64,000 nt of DNA from an uncultured SAR86 cluster bacterium (GTDB lineage Bacteria; Pseudomonadota; Gammaproteobacteria; Magnimaribacterales; D2472). Positions within the stretch are counted from its first letter, which is position 1, and the number at the start of each line of letters is the position of its first letter. The DNA is taken from contig CACJKN010000002.1 of the NCBI GenBank assembly GCA_902594005.1, positions 3,639-67,638 of the forward strand. Reading direction: 5' to 3'. The position numbers and the translations under genes were made by a program. The notes beneath the pieces were generated by a model. That model saw nothing but the letters and a program-made list of their open reading frames with translations. It had not been told where the DNA came from and ran no database searches. Below are positions 55,249-62,149 of this stretch, piece by piece.

Positions 55249-56658
55249 TTAAAAGTTTACAACTCTAATTGCATCAGAATGTTTCTCAGAAAACATTCCA
55301 GAAATAAGAACAAACTTTAATTTTCTCTTTTTACTTAAAACCTTTTTGAGTGTATTAGCAATTTTAGACATATTATTTTTATTATCAACAATACTTTTTT
55401 GATAAAAACTTAAAACGGAGCCAACTAATGAAAGCTGTCTATGAACTCTTTTATCGTTTGTGAAAGCATATATTGGAGCGTTGAATGGCTTTGCATTGGA
55501 AACAAGGTTTGCTGTATATCCACTTCTTGTAATAACGATAATACCATCAGCATCAATTGACTCAGAAAGATCTCTAGCAGTCTTAGCTAAGTATTCCCAA
55601 TCGCCACTTAATTCAAGTTTTTCTTCATAACCTAATGTTCTAAATTTTTCTGACCTATCAGCTATTGATTTAAGAAATTTTATGCATTCAATTGGATATT
55701 TCCCAATACTGGTCTCACCAGATAACATAATTGCATCTGCACCCTCATAAATAGTATTAGCAACATCAGTTACTTCAGCTCTGGTAGGTGTTGGTTTCTC
55801 TATCATTGATTCTAACAAGTGAGTAGCTACGATAGATCTTCTACCCCATTTTGAACATGCATACATTATGCGTCTTTGTACATTTGGTAGATCAGCCAAG
55901 CTTGTTTCAATTCCAAGATCGCCTCGGGCAACCATGACAGCATCTGATTCTTGAGTAATAGCATGAATATTAGAAAGGCCTTCATTATCTTCAATCTTTG
56001 AAACAATTTTTATTTGTGATTTCTTTCTCTTAAGGATTTTTCTTAAGTTATGAATATCTTCTATTTTTCTAACAAAGGAAAGAGCTATGTAATCTACATC
56101 ATGTTTGATAGCAAAATTTATATCGGCCTTATCTTTTTTAGTTATGGAAGGAAGGTCTATCCTAACTCCGGGCAGATTAACGCTTCTCTTGCTACCAATT
56201 TTTCCTCCATCAATAACTCTGCATAAAAGCTTGTCATCATGTTTTTCTAAAACTTTAAAATTTACTAGGCCATTATCTACAGAAATCTTAGAGCCTTTCT
56301 TTACACTATTAATTAAGCCTCTATAGTTAATTTTGATAGATGATGTCTCAACATCAACTTCATCTCTTACAGTAAGATTTACTTTATCACCGAGCTTTAA
56401 ATCAAGAGACGTATCCCTATCTCCTGTTCTGATTTCAGGGCCTTGAGTATCTATCAAAATGGAAATTGGCCCCATTTTAATATCTGGATTTTTATTAATT
56501 AATTTAACATTATTAATTATATTTAATGCCTCATCATGAGATGCATGTGACATATTAATTCGAACAACATTCATTCCAGCTAAGTACATCTTTTGCATTG
56601 TGATTAATTCAGATGTAGCTGGGCCAATAGTGCAAATAATCTTTGTTCTAGTGAACAT
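55249..56658 (-). CDS. pyk: Pyruvate kinase
   Basis: TKIICTIGPA, VVRINMSHA, MVARGDLGIE, ATHLLESM, MLSGETSIGKYP. Confidence 0.95.
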   Translation of the reverse strand: MFTRTKIICTIGPATSELITMQKMYLAGMNVVRINMSHASHDEALNIINNVKLINKNPDIKMGPISILIDTQGPEIRTGDRDTSLDLKLGDKVNLTVRDEVDVETSSIKINYRGLINSVKKGSKISVDNGLVNFKVLEKHDDKLLCRVIDGGKIGSKRSVNLPGVRIDLPSITKKDKADINFAIKHDVDYIALSFVRKIEDIHNLRKILKRKKSQIKIVSKIEDNEGLSNIHAITQESDAVMVARGDLGIETSLADLPNVQRRIMYACSKWGRRSIVATHLLESMIEKPTPTRAEVTDVANTIYEGADAIMLSGETSIGKYPIECIKFLKSIADRSEKFRTLGYEEKLELSGDWEYLAKTARDLSESIDADGIIVITRSGYTANLVSNAKPFNAPIYAFTNDKRVHRQLSLVGSVLSFYQKSIVDNKNNMSKIANTLKKVLSKKRKLKFVLISGMFSEKHSDAIRVVNF

Positions 56659-56708
56659 GAGGTGGATATTACATTAAAAAACAACCATAAGGAATTTTTT
56701 TCAACACA

Positions 56709-56928
56709 AAAAAAAACAGAGCTTGCGCTCTGTCTCTTAGTTCGAGTTCCTCAAGTGTCTAAAGTGAGATTTTCTTTAGCTCCTTGGATGCTATCTCTTC
56801 ATCCTTGGTGGGTTTTAAAGCTATTTTTTATCGTATACTCTTTAAAACGCTTTCGCCTTGAGGGCTCTTCCTTTGATTTCTCTTAAGTTTCCGTCTGCAG
56901 TTGGTCTCTTATCGGTCCTCAATAGGTA
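56709..56928 (-). ncRNA. Candidate ~220-nt structured RNA (stand-alone sRNA or cis-acting leader of the pyk operon), GGA-rich
   Basis: Bounded by a near-consensus sigma70 promoter (56935-56962) and an intrinsic terminator (stem CAGAGC/GCTCTG at 56717-56732 followed by 9 U). No ORF longer than 3 codons from any ATG. Hand-found helices: GTTTTAAAG/CTTTAAAAC (9 bp), GGATG/CATCC, CTAAAG/CTTTAG, long-range GAG-CCTCAAG/CTTGAGG-CTC. Six GGA motifs. Confidence 0.4.
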
Positions 56929-56934
56929 AAGTTA

Positions 56935-56962
56935 ATATTACGCTCTTTTTAAAAAGTGTCAA
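56935..56962 (-). promoter_or_regulatory. Sigma70-type promoter for the candidate RNA
   Basis: Minus-strand reading: TTGACA (56962-56957) - 16 nt - TAATAT (56940-56935). Lies 30 nt downstream of the glcB stop. Confidence 0.5.
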
Positions 56963-56992
56963 CACCTAAATGCAAAAAAAGTTAAGTTTTTT

Positions 56993-59152
56993 TCAAGGGT
57001 TATTTTTCTTAAATTCTAAACGCCACTTATGCAACAACGGCTCGGTATATCCACTTGGTTGAGAAGCTCCTTTTATTGCTAAATCCAAGGAAGCTTGAAA
57101 TGCAAATCCAGAAAAATTTGATCCCATTTTTTGATAGTCTGGACTATCTTTATTTTGTTCGTCAACTACTAGAGCCATCTCTTTAAAAATATCAATTACT
57201 TCTTCCTCAGAACAAATACCATGAAAAATCCAGTTTGAAATATGCTGGCTTGATATTCTACAAGTTGCTCTATCTTCCATAAGACCAATATTATTAATAT
57301 CTGGAACTTTTGAACATCCAATACCCTGATCAATCCATCTTACGACATAACCAAGAATGCCTTGAGCACTGTTTGCTATCTCATTCCTAATTGTTTGTTT
57401 ATCTAAATTCTCCTTTAAAAGAGGTATTGTTAAGATGTTATCTAAATCAGCATGCTCTCTTGATGATAGTTCATCTTGTTTTGATAACACATCAACCTGA
57501 TGATAATGCATTGCATGAAGTGTTGCAGCTGTAGGTGATGGAACCCATGCACATGTTGCACCAGATAATGGGTGAGCTATTTTAGTTTCTACCATATCTT
57601 TCATCTCATCCGGCATGGCCCACATACCTTTTCCAATCTGAGCTTTGCCACTAAGACCACAACTTATACCTACATCCACATTCCAGTCCTCATAAGCGTT
57701 TATCCATGATTGAGATTTCATTTCTGATTTCGGAACCATAGGGCCAGCTTCCATACTTGTATGTATTTCATCTCCAGTTCTGTCTAGAAAACCAGTATTT
57801 ATAAAAATTATTCTTTCTTTAGCTTTTTCAATGCAGGCCTTTAGATTAATAGTGGTTCTTCTCTCCTCATCCATAATTCCAACTTTTACGGTATTTTTTT
57901 CTAGCTTAAATAATCTCTCAACTGCATCAAATAAATCACACGTAAAAGCTACCTCCTCAGAACCATGCATTTTTGGTTTAACAATATACATACTGTTGTT
58001 CCCTGAGTTTGACAATGCATTCAATTGATTTAGATCATATAACGCAATACAAATCGTAAACATAGCATCTAAAATTCCTTCAAAAACCTCTTCGCCATTG
58101 TCTAATATTACTGAAGGATTCTGCATTAAATGACCTACATTCCTAATAAGCAAAAGACTTCTTCCGGGTAGAGAAAAAGAATTTCCATCAATATCTAAAT
58201 ATTTTCTATCTTCTTTTAAGACTCTTGTTAATTGTTTCCCATTTTTTTCAAATGTTTCAGAAAGATCTCCTTTCATCAGACCTAGCCAGTTTCTATAGGC
58301 AATTACTTTATCTTCAGCATCAACTGCGGCAACTGAATCCTCACAATCTTGGATTGTTGAAACTGCAGACTCCAAAAAAATATCTTTAATATTTGCTTTA
58401 TCAGTCTTACCAACAGGATGATTGGGATCTATTTGAATTTCTAAATGGAGATTGTTATTAACTAATAAGATCTCTGAAGGATTTTCAGGAGATCCATTAA
58501 ATCCTTTGAATTGATTTTCATTTTTTAGATAACTAATTTTATTTTGCTCAGCATGAAAAAGTAATCTTTGATCCTTAATTGAAATATTTGTAATATCTTT
58601 ATAACTAAGATCAGTGATTGGGAAACAGTCATCTAAAAATTGTTTTGAAAAATCAATAACCTTATTTCCTCTTATTTCATTATATGCACCCTCTTTTGAT
58701 GCACCTCCATCTTCTGAAATAACATCCGTCCCGTATAGTGCATCATAAAGACTGCCCCACCTTGCATTGGTTGCATTCAAAGCAAATCTTGCATTCATGA
58801 TAGGGACAACAAGCTGAGGTCCTGGGATACTTGAAATTTCAGGATCTGTATTCATGGTTCTGATTGTAAAATCTGCAGGCACTTCTTCTAAGTAACCTAT
58901 TTCTTGTAAAAACCTTTTATATTCATTTAAATTAAAATCATTATTCTTATGCCAAGCAGAGATTTGATCTTGCAACAAAGATCTTTTGGCTAATAAATCT
59001 TTATTTCTTTGATGGAATTCCTCTAAAAGACCTTCAAACTTTTCCCAAAACTCATCTGAGTTTATATCAAGTCCCGAGAGCACCTCATCATTAAGAAATC
59101 TATCGAGAGTATTATGAATATTAAGGCTGCCGCGTTTTATATAGTCTTCCAT
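56993..59152 (-). CDS. glcB: Malate synthase G
   Basis: 719 aa, the size typical of MSG. Blocks GPQLVVPIMNARFALNATNARWGSLYDALYGTD, IVKPKMHGSEE, MDEERRTT, MPDEM. Confidence 0.9.
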   Translation of the reverse strand: MEDYIKRGSLNIHNTLDRFLNDEVLSGLDINSDEFWEKFEGLLEEFHQRNKDLLAKRSLLQDQISAWHKNNDFNLNEYKRFLQEIGYLEEVPADFTIRTMNTDPEISSIPGPQLVVPIMNARFALNATNARWGSLYDALYGTDVISEDGGASKEGAYNEIRGNKVIDFSKQFLDDCFPITDLSYKDITNISIKDQRLLFHAEQNKISYLKNENQFKGFNGSPENPSEILLVNNNLHLEIQIDPNHPVGKTDKANIKDIFLESAVSTIQDCEDSVAAVDAEDKVIAYRNWLGLMKGDLSETFEKNGKQLTRVLKEDRKYLDIDGNSFSLPGRSLLLIRNVGHLMQNPSVILDNGEEVFEGILDAMFTICIALYDLNQLNALSNSGNNSMYIVKPKMHGSEEVAFTCDLFDAVERLFKLEKNTVKVGIMDEERRTTINLKACIEKAKERIIFINTGFLDRTGDEIHTSMEAGPMVPKSEMKSQSWINAYEDWNVDVGISCGLSGKAQIGKGMWAMPDEMKDMVETKIAHPLSGATCAWVPSPTAATLHAMHYHQVDVLSKQDELSSREHADLDNILTIPLLKENLDKQTIRNEIANSAQGILGYVVRWIDQGIGCSKVPDINNIGLMEDRATCRISSQHISNWIFHGICSEEEVIDIFKEMALVVDEQNKDSPDYQKMGSNFSGFAFQASLDLAIKGASQPSGYTEPLLHKWRLEFKKNNP

Positions 59153-59173
59153 ATTTATATTTTATCAGAGGTA

Positions 59174-59650
59174 TTAAACGCTTTCTTTAACTGCCAATCT
59201 CAAATCAAATGGAATACTGCCAAGATTGTCATGACTGTGCTTTAAAGATGTTATTGATTGAAAGAAAGAATCATCCATTTCGATTATCTTCCGTAAATTC
59301 ATGTCAATATGGCCCAATACAGTCTCATAGACAGTACATATATTATTTTCTGAGTCTAAAAGGCATCCCAATATATGGATACATTTCCTGTTTAAACCAA
59401 CAATCCTAAAAGAGGGATATATTGAATCACCTTCAAGAAACTCTTTAAAGTATTTTAAATTTTCCTCTAACGTAAATGAAGAATAACCATTATTGAAATA
59501 CTCATCATCAAATCCCATATCTGTGTACATTTGGCCCCAACACCCATCGAAACATCTGGTATATGATCCAGTGTTCATATGACCATTGTGGTCACACATC
59601 TCTTGAGTAACTAGTATTTTTTCACCATGATAAGGAAATAATTCTTTCAT
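59174..59650 (-). CDS. Hotdog-fold acyl-CoA thioesterase (4HBT-like)
   Basis: 158 aa. N-terminal V..EMCDHNGHMNTGSY resembles the 4HBT/YbgC catalytic region (D..GH.N...Y). Confidence 0.55.
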   Translation of the reverse strand: MKELFPYHGEKILVTQEMCDHNGHMNTGSYTRCFDGCWGQMYTDMGFDDEYFNNGYSSFTLEENLKYFKEFLEGDSIYPSFRIVGLNRKCIHILGCLLDSENNICTVYETVLGHIDMNLRKIIEMDDSFFQSITSLKHSHDNLGSIPFDLRLAVKESV

Positions 59651-59667
59651 AAGTAATGATTATTAAT

Positions 59668-59743
59668 TGGAGCGGGAAACGAGGTTCGAACTCGCGACCT
59701 CAACCTTGGCAAGGTTGCGCTCTACCAGCTGAGCTATTCCCGC
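59668..59743 (-). tRNA. tRNA-Gly (anticodon GCC)
   Basis: Reverse complement folds as acceptor GCGGGAA/TTCCCGC, D arm GCTC-AGCTGGTA-GAGC, anticodon arm CAACC-TTGCCAA-GGTTG, T arm GCGAG-TTCGAAC-CTCGT, CCA encoded. 76 nt. Confidence 0.92.
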
Positions 59744-59917
59744 ATCACAAGTGGGTAGTAAATATAACTGCAATGGAATGGGCTTTCAAGCAGAATTGTA
59801 AAAAGTTTAGTGATGAATGAGATTCATAAAACTCATCATTGCTCATCATTTTGGTATGATTAGAATTGTGGAACTTTTATTAGATTTTTAAGAAATGAGT
59901 AGGCTTCTTTATTTATC

Positions 59918-60823
59918 ATGATAGAAACAAAAACATTTTCACCAAATGTCTTTAATAGCTTTGCTATACAAGCTTATCGTTTAGTGTTTGGTCGTATTTT
60001 ACCTCAGTCATTGTTTCGCAATAAAATACCTGCTGAAGCAGATCGCAAGGCAGTGAAGGGAAAGTTTGATTTAGAGATTGTGAGTCACTGTTGGGGTTAT
60101 GCCAACATGTTAACCTATCAATTAAGTTCGTTTGTAAACTATCCACCAACAAAACTAAATTTAACTGTGACCGTTTTTTATGCTGAAGAAGATACTAAAA
60201 CAAAGGCTACATTGGACTTCTTTAGTCAAATAACCATGCCAAATATAACTTGGAATTTTCACCCACTTTCCAAAGGAAAGCTCTTCAGACGTGCCATAGG
60301 CCGAAATATGGCTGCGCGGTCAACAGAAGCTGACTGGATATGGTTTACAGATTGCGACATTATCTTTTATGAGAACTGCTTAGACTCACTCGCCGATAGT
60401 TTACAAGGCGAGAAAGGTTCATTGTTTTTTCCTAAAGAAGAAAAAATCACTGAGATGTTAAAAGATGATGACCCATTATTGTCAAACGGTGCCCAACCAC
60501 AAGTTATCGACATAGATACAGAAAATTTCAGTTTATATGAGCGTGATAAATCCCGTGATAAAGCACGCGGCGCATTTCAAATTGTTCATGGTGACGTTGC
60601 TCGTGCTATCGGTTATTGTGAAAAACTGTCAATATTTCAAACTGAATCTGACCGTTGGCGTAAAACCTATGAAGACACCGCCTTTCGCTGGCTACTTGGT
60701 ACTGATGGTGAGCCTAAGCATATTGATGGTGTTTTTCATATTCATCATGTTACAAAAGGACGTTATAAAGAAAATTCTCAATTGTCTAAAGTGCGTAGTA
60801 ATATCCGTTTAAGCCAAAAATAG
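59918..60823 (+). CDS. Putative GT-A-fold glycosyltransferase (DxD type), on a G+C-rich insertion
   Basis: 301 aa. ADWIWFTDCDIIFYENC contains a DxD-like DCD motif after a beta-strand, preceded by a Rossmann-like LEIVSHCWGY...LTVTVFYAEED segment. Adjacent to kdkA, which suggests an LPS-core function. Family not identified. Confidence 0.45.
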   Translation: MIETKTFSPNVFNSFAIQAYRLVFGRILPQSLFRNKIPAEADRKAVKGKFDLEIVSHCWGYANMLTYQLSSFVNYPPTKLNLTVTVFYAEEDTKTKATLDFFSQITMPNITWNFHPLSKGKLFRRAIGRNMAARSTEADWIWFTDCDIIFYENCLDSLADSLQGEKGSLFFPKEEKITEMLKDDDPLLSNGAQPQVIDIDTENFSLYERDKSRDKARGAFQIVHGDVARAIGYCEKLSIFQTESDRWRKTYEDTAFRWLLGTDGEPKHIDGVFHIHHVTKGRYKENSQLSKVRSNIRLSQK

Positions 60824-60827
60824 TTAC

Positions 60828-61553
60828 ATGGCATATATACAACAAAAAGCAGTTAAGTCCCACATCATGTTGTTTGATGGAGGCCATTTCCCTGCACCTG
60901 CCCCAAAAATGTTTACGGGTCAATATTGGAAAACACAAAATGCTATAACAGGACAGGCAACTGGCCGAGGCACCACCTACTTTTTTCAACATAACAAAAA
61001 TGAATATGTGTTACGGCACTATCGTCGCGGCGGCTTGATTGGAAAAGTACTAAGTGATCAATATATTTATACAGGTATTGAAAAATCACGAGCATGGCAA
61101 GAATTTAAGCTGCTACAGCACATGAAAAATATGGATTTAAATTGTCCAACTCCGATCGCAGCGATGTTGAAGAAGACAGGCTTATATTACCAAGCCGATA
61201 TCATTTTAAAAAAAATTTCCAGCGCTAAGGACTTACATCATATTTTACTAGCAAACAGCTTAACCGCTGATGTATGGAAAAAAATTGGGCAAACCATTGC
61301 CAAATTTCATCATCATCAGATTTATCTCCACGATTTAAATATCCACAACATTATGCTCGATATAGAAAACGAGGTTTGGTTAATTGATTTTGATAAATGC
61401 CGAATTAGAAAAGGCAGTAATTGGAAAAACTCAAACATAGCGCGTTTAAAGCGATCGTTTGAAAAAGAAAAACGGTTACATAATATTTATTGGCAACTAG
61501 CCGATTGGCAAATACTAATATCTGCCTATAACGAAGCGGCAATGGCTAATTAA
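60828..61553 (+). CDS. kdkA: 3-deoxy-D-manno-octulosonic acid (Kdo) kinase
   Basis: GQATGRGTTYFF, YVLRHYRRGGLIGK, AWQEFKLLQHM and LHDLNIHNIMLD...WLIDFDKC parallel the Haemophilus/Vibrio KdkA blocks (GRGTTWF, LRHY.RGGL, HxDLNxxNIL, DFD). Confidence 0.85.
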   Translation: MAYIQQKAVKSHIMLFDGGHFPAPAPKMFTGQYWKTQNAITGQATGRGTTYFFQHNKNEYVLRHYRRGGLIGKVLSDQYIYTGIEKSRAWQEFKLLQHMKNMDLNCPTPIAAMLKKTGLYYQADIILKKISSAKDLHHILLANSLTADVWKKIGQTIAKFHHHQIYLHDLNIHNIMLDIENEVWLIDFDKCRIRKGSNWKNSNIARLKRSFEKEKRLHNIYWQLADWQILISAYNEAAMAN

Positions 61554-61665
61554 CTCGATATTTAATCTCAGTAAATACTAATACATCGGTTTTAGAATCA
61601 GTATTTTCTACTTTTCCATGTTCAATGCTTGCACTTAATTTGACTAACCAATCACCGCAGGCTGC
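61546..61665 (-). pseudogene. 3' remnant (39 codons + stop) of an unidentified gene at the right edge of the G+C-rich insertion
   Basis: Minus-strand frame reads AACGDWLVKLSASIEHGKVENTDSKTDVLVFTEIKYRVN*. There is no start codon and in-frame stops lie immediately upstream (TAA at 61668-61666). Composition matches the insertion, not the host. Overlaps the kdkA stop by 8 bp. Confidence 0.45.
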
Positions 61666-61686
61666 TTAATAAAATCAAGGATTCAA

Positions 61687-62079
61687 CTAAATTTGCTTAA
61701 GAGCTTCAACCATTTTTGCTCTAACGATTTCAACTGCTTTAAAGGGTCTAATCATGACTTTAAAATTAAGTATCTTGCCATCATCATCCCACTCAATCAT
61801 ATCCACCCCATTTACGCTTATGTCATCAATTGTCGTCTCGAATTCTAGAACAGAGTGATTACCATCATTCAATTCTCTAGTGTATTTAAAGCTGTCCATA
61901 TTGAATGAAAGACCAGCCGCACTTAGATACATTTTTGTAATTTCTTTGCCTTCAAGTGGTGTAAAAACTACGGGTGAATAAAAAGTAGCATTATCGTTGA
62001 GAAGGTTATCAAGAAGCTCCATTTTCCCTTCAAGCATAACCTCATGCCATTTCTTTATATAATCTGCTGCGTCTGTCAT
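61687..62079 (-). CDS. NTF2/SnoaL-like fold protein
   Basis: 130 aa. W..V.EG....L..LL.D...F.SPV ... G....EW.DDGKI pattern typical of SnoaL-like domains. Confidence 0.5.
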   Translation of the reverse strand: MTDAADYIKKWHEVMLEGKMELLDNLLNDNATFYSPVVFTPLEGKEITKMYLSAAGLSFNMDSFKYTRELNDGNHSVLEFETTIDDISVNGVDMIEWDDDGKILNFKVMIRPFKAVEIVRAKMVEALKQI

Positions 62080-62101
62080 ATAAGTATTATAAATTTAATT
62101 C

Positions 62102-62134
62102 AAAAAAAAGGAGAGCAATGCTCCCCTCTTTTTT
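62102..62134 (-). terminator. Intrinsic terminator downstream of the TonB-dependent receptor gene
   Basis: AAAAAAAAGGAGAGC-AAT-GCTCCCCTCTTTTTT: 8-position stem (one mismatch) flanked by A8 and T6 runs, 15 bp after the receptor stop. Confidence 0.65.
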
Positions 62135-62149
62135 AAGATTGCTTAAAAA

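Noticed and set aside
56662-56886. 74-aa plus-strand ORF between pyk and glcB
   Set aside because: It has no SD or promoter context and an odd composition. It is antisense to a unit with a near-consensus promoter and a clean intrinsic terminator on the minus strand. I interpret the region as non-coding RNA instead.
56709-56928. Assignment of the candidate RNA to a known housekeeping RNA (tmRNA, RNase P RNA, SRP/4.5S RNA, 6S RNA)
   Set aside because: There is no tRNA-like 3' end with CCA and no tag ORF (tmRNA), no GAGGAAAGUCC-type P4 sequences (RNase P), and no GGUGCUGU...GGAAGCAGCC SRP domain IV motif. I could not build the long end-to-end closing helix with a central bubble that 6S RNA requires. 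A covariance-model search is still needed.
60537-60992. Track ORFs 60537-60812 (+, alternate frame) and 60786-60992 (-) inside the G+C-rich insertion
   Set aside because: They overlap the glycosyltransferase and kdkA frames, which have recognisable motifs. Their translations are hydrophobic or low-complexity nonsense typical of off-frame reading.
59668-61686. Classical tRNA-integrated genomic island, prophage remnant or mobile element
   Set aside because: I found no integrase, transposase, inverted terminal repeats or direct repeat of the tRNA 3' end. The foreign DNA adjoins the 5' side of tRNA-Gly. I therefore describe it only as a compositionally foreign insertion.
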